Assembly (NCBI GenBank): GCA_963723515.1
Contig: CAVRQT010000003.1
Location: 160,001 to 224,000 of the forward strand
DNA length: 64,000 bases
Origin: Vulcanimicrobiota bacterium
Lineage (GTDB): Bacteria > Vulcanimicrobiota > Vulcanimicrobiia > Vulcanimicrobiales > Vulcanimicrobiaceae
Reading direction: 5' to 3'
The first letter of the stretch is position 1. Each line of letters starts with the position of its first letter. The translations under genes were made by a program, and so were the position numbers. The notes under the pieces are model-generated. The model had not been told where the DNA came from and searched no databases. It worked only from the letters and a program-made list of their open reading frames with translations. Below, piece by piece: positions 1 through 10,822 of this stretch.

Positions 1-303
1 CGACCGCAATGGCAATCGCAGCCGCCGCACCGGCGCTGACGCCGGTCAAATACGGATCGACGAGCGGATTGCGCAGCATCCCTTGCAAATGGCGCCCGAG
101 ATGCCAAGCGCCGCGCCGACGATCGAGGCAAGGATTGCACGCGGCAGCCGTAAGCTCCACAAAATCGTCGCTGCGTCGCTTCCGGAGTTCGGATGTTCGA
201 GCGCCAGCAGCAGGTCGTGCAGCGAGATTTGCGTCGCGCCGACCATTCCTCCGATCAAAATCGCGATAACGAGCGCGAAAATTGCTGCGCCTAGCCGCAG
301 CAT
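1..303 (-). CDS. FecCD/BtuC-family ABC transporter permease (3' part runs off window; one frameshift near 88)
   Basis: ILWSLRLPRAILASIVGAALGISGAI, then after a shift at a T run LQGMLRNPLVDPYLTGVSAGA, the classic FecCD motif; lies downstream of the TonB receptor. Confidence 0.85.
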
Positions 304-328
304 CACATAAGCGGCCGTGCTCGCCGGC

Positions 329-2194
329 TTAGCGCGTAGCGAACTCAAGCAAGAAGCGCCGGCCGGGTTGCGGGTAACCCGGTACGTCGGAGATTCGATG
401 GTTTGCGATGTTGTAGAGCCGCAACGAAAGCAGCGCATCGCTGCCCACTCGAAAGCGCGCGAAGCCGTCGAGACGGGTGTATCCGGCGGCTGGTTGCGGA
501 CTGAACGAATAGAACTGGCCGCCGCGACTTTGGCTCGTCAGTCCCCAACTCTCAACGGCGCTGCGTGACGTGCCGACAAAGCCGAGCTCCGTACTAACCG
601 AGAAAACCGGGCCGGCGGCTGAAATCCGCAGATTCGTGTTGGTATCGACGGCGCGGTAGAGATCCGTCACATTGACACGCGCATAGAGACGCCGCGCCGG
701 AGGCGTTGTTATTTCTGCGGTTATGCCTTCGATATCCGCATGACCGATGTTCTGCGGAACGAAGTTTGCATCGGGAACGATCTTGTTGACCGTCTTTGAA
801 GAGAACCAAGTGAGCGCCGCTCCGCCGAAGCTCGCCGCATCGCTCAATCGAACATCCGAAACGCGCATTCGCTCCGGCTGAAGGGCGCGGGTTGCCGAAG
901 CCGCCGGGAAAGTACAGATCTTCGGCGCTCGGCGCACGGAACGCGGTCGCATAGTTTGCTCGAATGGTGAGCGCCGGAGAGAGCCGATGCAAAATGCCGA
1001 GAGCCGGCGCAACGATGCCTCCTTGGGCGCCGTCGCGTTCGGCGCGAATTCCGGCGTAAGCGCGATTCGCATCGCTCCAAAGCCAGCTTTGTTCGGCGTA
1101 GATTGCCGTTTGCGCATAGGCGTTGGTCGTGATATCGCCGATGCCGTCATCGAGCCGCGCGACGCCGCGCGCCAGGTCGATTCCATAAACGAGTTTGTTG
1201 CGCGGCGCGCGCACGGTGTTGCGCAAACTTGCCTGCACGCGCGCGTCGGTTGTGAGGGCCTCAGACGTTGTAAAGCAGTTCGGATCGTCCGGGTCGACGC
1301 AATAGAAGAGAAACTGCTCGGCTGCGCCGCCAAGTTCGAGCGTCGTTTCCGCGTGGACCGTTCGATGCGTGAAGCTTGCGAAGAGATTGCGGTCGACGCT
1401 GTCTTGCCGGCTCGGCGTTGTAAACTCGGCCGGCACAGACCCCGGATCGCCGAGATGGTGGGCGATCAATGCGCCGCTGATCTTTGTTTCCCACGAACCT
1501 TTATTGTTGTCGGCGACGAACCGCGCTGCGCTCAACTGTGAATCGGCAGCAGTGCGAACGCCCGTACCGTACGGGATAGTCGTTCGTCGCCACGCTGCGC
1601 TCGATCGTAACGTTGCGCAATTGAAGGTGAAACGTGCGGTCACCGAATGAGCCGTCGGCCAATTTGAGCGCGGGACGTACCTTGCAGCGGCCGCGTGATG
1701 ATATTGATGACGCCGCCGACAGCGCCTGCGCCGTAGAGCGTCGAACCGCCGCCTTCAACGACCTCGATCCGATCGATGCCCGCGGTCGGAATCGAATTCA
1801 AATCGAGCGTTCCGGTCTGTTGACCCGCGGCGGGCAGGCCATCGAAGAGAATCAGGACCTGCGCCGATGTCGAGCCGCGCAATCCGACACTGCTGAGCGA
1901 GCCGGTCGAACCGTAGCGAAAGACATTCACGCCCGGCAAATCGGCAACCGCGTCGGCGACGCTTGCAAAGCCGCGGCGTGCAATCTCATTTGCGGTCACG
2001 ACGTACGTCGTGCGCACGGTATTTCTGAGCGTCTCCTCGGACCGATCGCTCGTCACGACGTGTCCGATTTCCGGGATCGGCGTTGCCGACGGATAGGGCG
2101 AGGGCGTCGCGTTTTGTGCGGATGCCGCGGCAAACGGCGCGATGATGAAGAACACCGCGCAAAGGAATGTGCCGAAGATCGAATGTGAAGACAT
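329..2194 (-). CDS. btuB: TonB-dependent receptor, probable cobalamin transporter (frameshifts near 1640 and 880)
   Basis: Signal peptide; plug motifs GLRGSTSAQVLILFDG and IDRIEVVEGGGSTLYGAGAVGGVINIIT; FRAPSAEDLY; C-terminal YNIAN...PGRRFLLEF; AGGAGG RBS; cobalamin riboswitch upstream. Confidence 0.85.
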
Positions 2195-2229
2195 GCTGTC
2201 CCTCCTTCTCGCGAGGCGGATTCAAGCAA

Positions 2230-2373
2230 CGTCTGCACCGGTATCCTGACTTGCGGGTCGTAGCCGAGGTGCTCGCGGCCTTCCGATCCTTTACGGATTG
2301 TGGCTTCCGAGCGGCTCACCGCATACAGTGGCGCGACCGTGCCGGCATCTCACCGGCTTCCCGCGCGCAGACG
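2230..2373 (-). ncRNA. Cobalamin (B12) riboswitch
   Basis: Minus strand reads CGTCTGC...GGGAAGCCGGTGAGATGCCGGCACGGTCGCGCCACTGTA...GCCAC...GGAAGGC...AAGTCAGGATACCGGTGCAGACG, i.e. conserved GGGAA, GCCACTGT and B12-box elements with a closing P1 stem CGTCTGC/GCAGACG, in the leader of a TonB receptor. Confidence 0.9.
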
Positions 2374-2388
2374 CGAAGGTCCGCTCTT

Positions 2389-3232
2389 ACGAAGGTCGCG
2401 GCGCTCTTCCTCGTTGCTGTGGCGCCTTTGAGCGCGTGCACCCCTCCCGCGCAGGCGCCGCGCGCCCCCGCCCACGTGCAGCGCATCGTCTCCCTTGTGC
2501 CGTCGCTGACCGAGGATCTCTTTGCGCTCGGCGTCGGCAAACACGTGGTCGCCGTTACGCAAGCCGACGATTATCCGCCGCTCGTGAAGCGGCTGCCGGC
2601 CGTCGCATCCTTCAGCAGCGTCAACAATGAGGCGATCGTTCACCTGCATGCCGATCTTGGTTGTCGGCATTCCCGCGCAGGAGCGGCTGACGGCGGCGCT
2701 TCGTTCAGCCGGAATCGTGACCGTGTTTCTGCCGGACGATTCCTATAGCGACATCTTCACCGACATCTCGGCGTTAGGTGCGTTGACTTCACACCGTGAG
2801 GCGGCGCTGAAATTGATTCGAGCGTTGCACGCGAAGACGAAGCGTCTGCAGCGCAGAGTCGTGCGTGCACATGCCAAACCGCACGTACTCTTCGTCATCA
2901 ATGTCAAGCCGATCATCGTCGCGGGGGAACGTTCGTTCATCTCGACGCTGCTTGCGCTGAGCGGAGCAACGGATGCCGTGCATGTCGCGCAAGCGTATCC
3001 CGCGCTTTCCGCTGAAGCCGTTCTTCGAGCGCAACCCGACGCCATCGTGACGGACGACCAAACGCAGCTCCGTGCGGTGCTTGGCACGCCGCCGTGGCGC
3101 TCGCTCGCGGCAGTGCATCGCGGGCGCGTCTTCGTATTAGATAAGCGACACGCCGATGTCGTCGAGCGCCCGGGTCCACGGTACAACGAAGGCATCGCGT
3201 GGCTGATCGCACATCTGCACCCCGTTCACTGA
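2389..3232 (+). CDS. BtuF-like helical-backbone metal/cobalamin-binding lipoprotein (frameshift near 2650; start codon uncertain)
   Basis: Lipobox LSAC, RIVSLVPSLTEDLFALG, AEAVLRAQPDAI, RPGPR. Confidence 0.85.
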
Positions 3233-4306
3233 CGTCGCGCCCGAAAGCCGTCGTGCTGGGGGTGCAGCTTCCGCAAGCGCGAGATTCGTTCGCCGCGGAG
3301 CTCGCGGAATTTGCGGCCCTGATCGAGGCGGCCGGCGCCTCCATCGTAGAAGAAATCGTCCAAAGTCGCGCTCGGCTCGATCCAGGATTTGTCGTTGGAA
3401 GCGGTAAGGCGCATGACGTTGCGGATCGCATCTCCGCAACCGCTGCGAAGCTGCTGTTCGTGTTGAATCCGATGCGGCCGCGCCAGCGACGCAATCTGGA
3501 ACGGCTCATCACCGTCCCGATCATCGACCGCACGATGTTGATCCTCGACGTCTTTGCGCGCCATGCCCGTTCGAGGGAAGGCAAGTTGCAAGTCGAGCTG
3601 GCGCAGCTGCGGTATCGGCAATCGAATTTGATCGGCGTCGGGACGCGATCTGTCGCGGCTCGGCGGCGGGATCGGCACGCGCGGCCCCGGCGAGACGAAA
3701 TTGGAGACGGATCGGCGCCGCATCGCACAACGAATCAAAATGATTGCGCATGCCCTTGAAGGCGTGCGCCGCTCGCGTGCGACCCGACGCGACCGCGAGC
3801 GCACCGAGCCGATCGTGGCGCTGGTCGGATACACCAATGCCGGCAAATCTTCGCTGCTGAACCGGCTGGCGCGCGGCGACGCGCTCGTCGCCGATCAGCC
3901 CTTTGCGACGCTCGATCCATTGATGCGCCGCGCTTATCTCGGTGATGGAAGGTTCGTGCGGGTGGTCGATACCGTCGGCTTCATCACGGATTTGCCGCCC
4001 GACCTCGTGACGGCGTTTCAGGCGACGCTTGAAGAGCTGGACGCCGCGGATTTGTTCATCCATGTGATCGATGCCTCAAATCCGGATTGGAGACGGCAAG
4101 TCGCAAGCGTGGATATGATCTTGCACGACTTGCGGCTGAGCGGAAAGCCGCAACTTCTCGTCCTGAACAAGTGCGATGCTCTCGCCGAGCCGCCGCAGGC
4201 GCCGGAACACTTCGACAAGCTCAGTGCGGGCTATCTCTGTATCAGCGCAAAAACCGGCGCGGGCATCGACGCGTTGCGCGCCGAAGTGCGTGAACGTTTC
4301 CCATGA
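3229..4306 (+). CDS. hflX: GTPase HflX (frameshift near 3650; start could be CTG 3229 or GTG 3199)
   Basis: IDRTMLILDVFARHARSREGKLQVELAQLRY, GPGETKLE, G1 GYTNAGKS, FATLD, DTVG, NKCD, SAK. Confidence 0.93.
4208..4230 (+). repeat. Palindromic micro-element (REP-like) inside hflX
   Basis: CACTTCGACAAGCTCAGTGCGGG; 21 of 23 positions match the copy at 17032-17054. Confidence 0.8.
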
Positions 4307-4962
4307 AGCGGCTCCTCGTCGTCGCGCTGCTGGCGCTCTGCGCATGCAACCACTCTTCGCCGGATCCTTTCGTTGATGCGGTCCACGCAATGCGGGCTTC
4401 GGTTGTCTTACTGACGATGCAAGTGCCGGATCATCACGCGTGGGATACGGAGTACGCGACCGGAACCGTGATCGCGAGCGGTTCCTGGGGCAGCGACATT
4501 CTGACAGTGCAACATGCCGTCGACCAAGCGCGCAACATCAAGCTCACGATTGCGAACCGTTATAAAGCAGCCGGAAAATTGGTCGCCGCCAATCCGAAAC
4601 TCGACGTAGCGGTTGTTACGACGAAGGTCAAACTGCCGGTCGCACAGCTCGGCGATTCAACGCAAGCGCAGCCCGGTCAATCAATCGGGGTGATGGGCTA
4701 CCCAATTCCCGACATCTTCGAAGCAGAAGGGCTCGGACTTGCGACCTCGATCAATTCCGGCCGGATATCAGCGATCCGTCCACATGCGATCGAGTTGAAT
4801 CTGCCGATTGTTCCCGGCGAGAGCGGTGGTCCGGTGTTTACAAGCGATGGCGGCGCCGTCGTCGGCGTCGCCGAATCGCGGTTCGATGAAGAACGCTCCA
4901 TCGGCTTCGCACTGCCCATCAACGAAGCGAAGCCGTTCCTGCATAAACACAGCCACTATTGA
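4303..4962 (+). CDS. Trypsin-like (S1C) serine protease, lipoprotein
   Basis: Lipobox LCAC; ILTVQHAV (His), LDVAV (Asp), PGESGGP (Ser). Confidence 0.85.
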   Translation: MKRLLVVALLALCACNHSSPDPFVDAVHAMRASVVLLTMQVPDHHAWDTEYATGTVIASGSWGSDILTVQHAVDQARNIKLTIANRYKAAGKLVAANPKLDVAVVTTKVKLPVAQLGDSTQAQPGQSIGVMGYPIPDIFEAEGLGLATSINSGRISAIRPHAIELNLPIVPGESGGPVFTSDGGAVVGVAESRFDEERSIGFALPINEAKPFLHKHSHY

Positions 4963-5751
4963 GGCTGCGGCGGCGCTTGAACGCCGGCCAGCGCCCGAAT
5001 CTCGTCGCGCAATGCGCTGATCTCACGCCGTAACGCTTCGACCGAATGTTCGCCTGCGACAGATGCCTGCGGACTTGACGCGTCGCGGTCGATAAAGAAA
5101 CTCGCGACCGACGCGGTGATGTAGCCGAAAATCGAAAAAGCGAAGACAGCCAGCAAAAAGCCGAGGATTCTTCCGGCCTCGGTGTGGGGGAAGTAATCCG
5201 ATCCGAGCGTCGTCATGACCATCGCGGTCCACCACACTGACGTGCCGTAGCTCGTCAATTCCGTACCCGGATAGTGGCGCTCGAACGCGTACATGCCCGC
5301 AGCGCCGCCAAGCGTTACGATCCACGTTAAGGTCAATGCATACCCGAAGCCGCGCCGGCCCATAACGAGCGTCAAAGCCGACATTCCGCGGTTCACGCCG
5401 CTAAGCAGTCGCAAGATTTGCACTTGCCCGGACGGCACTGCGCCGAGGATCGGAACGATCCGCAAGATGTTTAACGCCGGCGCCACCAGCGCGATCGCCG
5501 TAAACCAATTTGACTTGAGGAAGCGCACCTTGCTCGGTGCGATGATCAAACGCATTGCGAAGTCTACGATGAAGATTCGCCCAGATAACGTAGATGACCG
5601 TTTGCTCGATACGCGTCAGACCCCAAATCATCTGCACGACGACGAGCGCAAACCATCCGATGCCTAAGACGATCAGCGGTTTTTCCATCATCTTATGGAG
5701 CTGCGCGAGAAGACGGTAGCGTTGCCGGGCGATCCGTTGATCCATGCTCAT
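4956..5751 (-). CDS. Ion transport/potassium channel family protein (frameshift near 5580)
   Basis: Multi-TM; S4-like LRLL segment; pore WWTAMVMTTLGSDYFPHTEAGR; C-terminal coiled coil. Confidence 0.8.
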
Positions 5752-5766
5752 GTCACGATCCTTTGC

Positions 5767-6870
5767 TTACACCGAACGCACCTCACGTTCGGTAAGCTGT
5801 TCGCGAACGTGATGCGCTGCGAAAATTGAGCGATCTCCGATCCATTGCAGGGGCGGAATTTGCCAAAACGTCGCCATTGCCGCGAGCGCGCCAGCATACG
5901 CCACACGCAGCTCGGAAAAATCCCGCCACGAACGATCGGCATCGCGCATTTCGATTCCCATTTCGGCGAGCCGCGCATAGGCCTGATCGAACTCGTGCCG
6001 TTCGATGCCGACCGCTTCCTCAGCGTGTAGTCCGAAGTAACGCACGAAATCATGCGTTAAGTGCCGGCCCAGCCAATAGAAAATCTGCGCTTGGCCGCGC
6101 GCTGTTTTCTCCGTCGAGGTGAGCAGCAGCGTTGCCGCATCGAGCATCGTTCCCAACGTACCGACCCACGATTCGTAATCGTGGCTCGAACGAAAAAATG
6201 CCAAAATCGGATACGCGAGGTGACTTTCCATTACTTCGGCGGTCCACTGTTGTGCCTGAACGAACAGCGCGGGCAGATCATCCAATATGCCTTTGCCCGT
6301 CGCAATCGCCAGCAAACCCAATCCGCTGGGCGGCGAGCCCGCGCGGCTTCCGACATTGACGACGAAAACTTCCCGCCGTTGGAACGCTCCAAAGACGGCA
6401 AATAGGAACGCCGTTGTGATCGCGAGGACGCTTAAACCGGACGCCGCGGCAGCCAGGGACAAAAATCTCGTCCAGCCGTCGTGACCCGTAATGTCTCCGA
6501 AACCGATCGTGAGCAGCGACGTGCCGGCGAAGTAGAGAGATGACAAAAAGCTGACCGGCTGCGGTTGCAAGTGACTGCGAAGCGCGTAGAAGATGAACCC
6601 GTAACCAACGATCAGCGTCAATACCCAGGCCGCGAGAATGCTGATCAGCACGAAGGGTGCGAACGTCGCTAAGAAATCTTCCCGCTTGTCGTCATCGGAA
6701 ATCCGCCACGACATTTGCGGCCAAATGCGCCATAAGAAGCGGACAAGATACGCGCTGATGCGCAACCGCCGATCGACGGCGCGTGGTAGGACGACGGATT
6801 GAAAGACGTCGCGCAGCGCGATCCATATCAAGAAGAGACCAAGCAGGCCGGCCGCGATATTGAGGACCAT
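5767..6870 (-). CDS. Potassium channel family protein (Ion_trans_2)
   Basis: LYFAGTSLLTIGFGDI pore helix and filter; ESHLAYPILAFFRS C-terminal domain. Confidence 0.85.
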   Translation of the reverse strand: MVLNIAAGLLGLFLIWIALRDVFQSVVLPRAVDRRLRISAYLVRFLWRIWPQMSWRISDDDKREDFLATFAPFVLISILAAWVLTLIVGYGFIFYALRSHLQPQPVSFLSSLYFAGTSLLTIGFGDITGHDGWTRFLSLAAAASGLSVLAITTAFLFAVFGAFQRREVFVVNVGSRAGSPPSGLGLLAIATGKGILDDLPALFVQAQQWTAEVMESHLAYPILAFFRSSHDYESWVGTLGTMLDAATLLLTSTEKTARGQAQIFYWLGRHLTHDFVRYFGLHAEEAVGIERHEFDQAYARLAEMGIEMRDADRSWRDFSELRVAYAGALAAMATFWQIPPLQWIGDRSIFAAHHVREQLTEREVRSV

Positions 6871-6878
6871 TTGCGGTG

Positions 6879-7217
6879 CTACTGCACGGGCGTTAATTTA
6901 ATGTAATCGAGTTGAGTCGTTTGGTCTTTCTTGACGCTTGCGGTCTGGGTTGACGTTGTGTAACCGGCAGCGCTGACGGTCACGGTTTGCGTGCCGGCCG
7001 GCACTTGCGTCAATGTGAAACCGCCTTGCGCATCGGTCGTCGCGGTTACCGTGGATCCGACGGCAACGAGCGCGCTGCTGATCGCCTGGTTCGTTTTGGC
7101 GTCAATGACGCGTCCCGTCACATTTCCGTAATCCTGTACCCCGATGTCATTGGGATTCGAACACCCGCCGCCTTGAGCGCCGAGCAAAAGAACAAATGCA
7201 AGGGCAATGACTTTCAT
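6879..7217 (-). CDS. Carboxypeptidase regulatory-like (CarboxypepD_reg) domain lipoprotein
   Basis: MKVIALAFVLLLGAQGGGC; VTGRVID...TTDAQGGFTLTQVPAGTQTVTVSAAGY; AAGGAG RBS. Confidence 0.75.
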   Translation of the reverse strand: MKVIALAFVLLLGAQGGGCSNPNDIGVQDYGNVTGRVIDAKTNQAISSALVAVGSTVTATTDAQGGFTLTQVPAGTQTVTVSAAGYTTSTQTASVKKDQTTQLDYIKLTPVQ

Positions 7218-7294
7218 GGCTCCTTGTAGTTTGCTGCAATTGTGGGGTTTACTCCCCAGGTATAGCGTTGAAAATGGGAAAAATTGTAGCCCGC

Positions 7295-7648
7295 ATGAAT
7301 CCCTACGTCCCCGTCGCGATTTACTTGGGGGTTGCCGTCGCGGCGGCACTCCTTTTTTCGCTCGTGCCGGGGCTGCTCGCGCGCAATAAGCCGAATCCCG
7401 AAAAGGCGGAAGCGTACGAATGCGGCGTCGAGCCAACCTCGAGCGTCTCCGGCCGTTTTCCGGTCCGTTTCTATCTCATTGCGATGCTCTTTGTGATCTT
7501 CGATGTCGAAGCGGCGTCGTTTTACCCCTGGGCGGTTCAGATGCATTCGTTGCGACTCTTCGGATTGATCGAAATGGTCGTTTTCGTGATCGTCCTTGCA
7601 ATCGGGTACGCGTACGTCTGGAAAAAGGGAGGATTCGTTTGGAGATAG
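7295..7648 (+). CDS. nuoA: NADH-quinone oxidoreductase subunit A
   Basis: [28 protein letters not shown]. Confidence 0.95.
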   Translation: MNPYVPVAIYLGVAVAAALLFSLVPGLLARNKPNPEKAEAYECGVEPTSSVSGRFPVRFYLIAMLFVIFDVEAASFYPWAVQMHSLRLFGLIEMVVFVIVLAIGYAYVWKKGGFVWR

Positions 7649-8118
7649 GCCCAGGCCAATTCTTTTTGGCGAAGCTTGACGACGTTGCGCGGTGGGCGCA
7701 GTCATCGTCGGTCTGGCCGCTGACGATGGGGCTGGCGTGCTGCGCGATCGAGATGATGAGCGTCACTGCGCCTGAATACGACATCGCGCGCCTTGGTTCG
7801 GAAGTCTTTCGCGCATCGCCGCGGCAAGCGGATTTGATGATTGTCTCCGGGCGCGTCTCGCAAAAAATGGGACCGATCGTCAAGCGCCTGTACGACCAGA
7901 TGGCCGACCCCAAGTGGGTGATTTCGATGGGAGCATGCGCGAGCTCCGGCGGAATCTTCGACAACTACGCCATCATTCAGGGGGTGGACACCGTCATTCC
8001 GGTCGATGTGTACGTCCCCGGATGCCCGCCGACGCCCGACGGTTTATTGCACGCCGTGAATCTGATTCAAAAACAGATTCGTGAAGGCGGGCGCGGCGGA
8101 ATTTTGGCGCGCGCTTAA
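7639..8118 (+). CDS. nuoB: NADH-quinone oxidoreductase subunit B
   Basis: [33 protein letters not shown] start inferred. Confidence 0.95.
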   Translation: MEIGPGQFFLAKLDDVARWAQSSSVWPLTMGLACCAIEMMSVTAPEYDIARLGSEVFRASPRQADLMIVSGRVSQKMGPIVKRLYDQMADPKWVISMGACASSGGIFDNYAIIQGVDTVIPVDVYVPGCPPTPDGLLHAVNLIQKQIREGGRGGILARA

Positions 8119-8127
8119 CGTACATCG

Positions 8128-8772
8128 ATGCCAAGCCCGCAGATGCCGCCGATCGCCGGTTCAGCGATCGACCCAACCGCACTTCGAGCGCCGATTGAAG
8201 ACGCAACGATCGAACGCATCGCGCCCGAGAATTTGCGCGCCCGCTTGCAAGCGCTCAAAGACGACGGTTATACGATGCTTCTCGACCTCGGCGCTGTCGA
8301 TTATCCCGAGCGCGTACCCCGATTCGACGTCGTCTATCATTTGCTGAAGATGCCGGCGAGCGTCGCGAGCCCTGCGCAAGTCGGTACGCCGCAACGGTAT
8401 CGCTTGCTTTGCGGCGTGCCGATCGAGCATACAAATGTGCAAAGCGTTTGCGATCTCTGGCGCAACGCCGATTGGGCGGAGCGCGAAGTCTTCGATCTCT
8501 TTGGGATCAGCTTCGATGGACACCCGGATTTGCGGCGCATTCAAATGCCGACGCATTGGGAAGGCTATCCGCTGCGCAAGGATTACCCATTGCGCGGTCC
8601 GGCGCGAGAGCGTTCGCCGCGCCCACAATTCGCGAACAAGAGCAATTTGGTTGCCGGCACGCCGCCCTCAGGCCGCACCGCTGAAGCGCTGCAACAGCAA
8701 GTCGCGATGCGTCGTGCGCAAGCATCCACGACGGCGGAGCAATCGACGCCTGAGGATCGTCCGAAGCCATGA
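8128..8772 (+). CDS. nuoC: NADH-quinone oxidoreductase subunit C
   Basis: ADWAEREVFDLFGISFDGHPDLRRI, YPLRKDYP. Confidence 0.95.
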   Translation: MPSPQMPPIAGSAIDPTALRAPIEDATIERIAPENLRARLQALKDDGYTMLLDLGAVDYPERVPRFDVVYHLLKMPASVASPAQVGTPQRYRLLCGVPIEHTNVQSVCDLWRNADWAEREVFDLFGISFDGHPDLRRIQMPTHWEGYPLRKDYPLRGPARERSPRPQFANKSNLVAGTPPSGRTAEALQQQVAMRRAQASTTAEQSTPEDRPKP

Positions 8773-10004
8773 GTGTGGGGACGGTCAGCTCGCTGCCGCT
8801 TGAACCGCAAGGTTCGCAGATTCTCTCGCACGAGGGCAATGCGATGGTCCTCTCGATGGGACCGCAGCATCCCTCGACGCACGGCGTCTTGCAGATCATG
8901 CTCGAGATCGAGGGTGAAAGCGTCGTCAAAGCCGAGCCGGAGATCGGCTACCTCCACACCGGTATTGAGAAGAGCGCCGAAAATCTCTTTTGGACGCAAG
9001 CGCAGACGGTGATCGAGCGCATGGACTACCTTGCGCCGGAATGCAACTCGCTCTGCTATGCGCTAGCCGTGGAAAAGCTGCTCGATATCAGCGACCGGAT
9101 TCCGGAACGCGCGCAAGCAGTGCGCGTCATCGTCGCGGAGCTGACGCGGATCGCTTCGCACTGCGTTTGGCTTGGCACGCACGGAATCGACCTCGGAGCG
9201 CTCTCGATCTTCTTTTACTGCTTCGATCTCCGCGAGAACATCCTCGACATTCAAGAGGCGGCCGGCGGCGCTCGGATGCATCCGAATTACGTCCGCATCG
9301 GCGGATTGCAAGCCGATTTTCCGGAGGGACATGTCGAGCGTCTGGACGCGCTGCTCAAGAAGTTCCCCATCCGCATGCGCGAACTGCGCGCCATTTTGCA
9401 GAAGAACCCGATTTGGCAAGATCGCACGATCGACGTCGGCGTCGTCACGCCCGAAGAAGCCGTCGCGTGGGGATTGACCGGACCGTCGCTGCGCGCGAGC
9501 GGCGTGGCGTACGACGTACGCAAGGCGTTCCCGTATAGCGGTTACGAGAACTACGAATTCAATATTCCGACGCGCACCGAAGGCGATGCGTACGCGCGGT
9601 TCGCCGTCCGGCTCGACGAGATGGAAGAGTCGATGCGCATCGTCGAGCAAGCGCGCAAAGCGCTCAAGCCAGGGCCGGTCATGATCGACGACGTGAAAGT
9701 CGCGCCGCCGCCGAAAGAGACGATCGCGCTCTCTATGGAGGCGCTCATCCACCACTTCAAGGTCGTCAGCGAAGGCATCCGCGTTCCGCCCGGGGATGTG
9801 TATCAGGCGATCGAGAGCCCGCGCGGCGAGCTTGGGTACTACGTCGTCTCCGACGGCAACAACAAACCGTATCGCGTGCGGACACGCCCGCCCTCAATGT
9901 ACAACCTACAAGCGCTCAAAGGGATTGCGCCGGGCAATCTGATCGCGGACTTGGTCGTCATGATCGGTTCGCTCGATCCGGTCTTCGGCGAAGTCGACCG
10001 ATGA
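8769..10004 (+). CDS. nuoD: NADH-quinone oxidoreductase subunit D
   Basis: MGPQHPSTHGVL, GYLHTGIEK, ESPRGELG, GEVDR C-terminus. Confidence 0.96.
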   Translation: MSVGTVSSLPLEPQGSQILSHEGNAMVLSMGPQHPSTHGVLQIMLEIEGESVVKAEPEIGYLHTGIEKSAENLFWTQAQTVIERMDYLAPECNSLCYALAVEKLLDISDRIPERAQAVRVIVAELTRIASHCVWLGTHGIDLGALSIFFYCFDLRENILDIQEAAGGARMHPNYVRIGGLQADFPEGHVERLDALLKKFPIRMRELRAILQKNPIWQDRTIDVGVVTPEEAVAWGLTGPSLRASGVAYDVRKAFPYSGYENYEFNIPTRTEGDAYARFAVRLDEMEESMRIVEQARKALKPGPVMIDDVKVAPPPKETIALSMEALIHHFKVVSEGIRVPPGDVYQAIESPRGELGYYVVSDGNNKPYRVRTRPPSMYNLQALKGIAPGNLIADLVVMIGSLDPVFGEVDR

Positions 10005-10046
10005 CGAAGCAGCGCTCTGGAATCGGAAAATTGCGTGGGTCATCGC

Positions 10047-10821
10047 ATGAGCACCGTTCCCGACGCAACGGAAAACACTCAGGATTTCAACGCACTATGC
10101 GAGCGGTTGCGGCCGCGGTGCGAGGAACTGATCGCGCAATATCCCTCGAAGCGATCGGCCCTCATGCCAATGATGCATCTCTTCGTCGACGAACAAGGTT
10201 TCGCGTCCAAAGACGCGATGTGGTTTTGCGCCGAGCTGCTCGGGCTGACGTCCGCCGATGTCGAGAGCGTCGTCTCGTTCTACACGCTCTTTTTCCAGCG
10301 GCCGATCGGAAAGTATCTCCTGCAAGTCTGCCGCAATTTGTCATGTACGCTAAACGGCGCCGCGAGCTATCATGGCGCACTGTCGCGAGCGCCTCGGCAT
10401 CGACCATCTTGAAACCACCGACGACGGGCTCTTCTCGTATGAAGAAGTCGAGTGTCTCGCTGCCTGCGATCGGGCTCCGTGCATGCAAGTCAATTTGGAA
10501 TTCGTCTATGATTTGACGCCGCAAAAGATCGACGAGATGCTCGCGGCAATCCATGGCGGAAGTTACAAGACGGCGCCCCTGCCGCAAACCGAACGTCCGC
10601 CTCGCACGTGGATCGTTCGGGAGGATCAAGAGATCGCGCAAGGCCAGCGCGCGCCGGGCGCAGCCGGAGTTACGAACCCCGATGACGCCGGCGGAGTCGG
10701 CGACCCGAGCGGCATCATCATGCTCGACCGTATTGTGAGCGATCCGGGGCGTTTCGCAGGCCGCACGCGCGAGCGAGCCGTCGCCGAACCCGCGCAAATC
10801 CTCGAAGCAATTGGAGAGTAG
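10047..10821 (+). CDS. nuoE: NADH-quinone oxidoreductase subunit E with C-terminal extension (frameshift near 10365)
   Basis: VVSFYTLF, CRNLSC and ECLAAC 2Fe-2S ligands split across two ORFs. Confidence 0.9.
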
Positions 10822-10822
10822 C

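Noticed and set aside
7243..7258. TGGGG-TTTACT-CCCCA palindrome in the nuoA divergent promoter region
   Set aside because: Single short occurrence with no recognisable operator consensus.
10560..10821. NuoE C-terminal extension as a novelty
   Set aside because: Low-complexity NuoE tails are common in several phyla.
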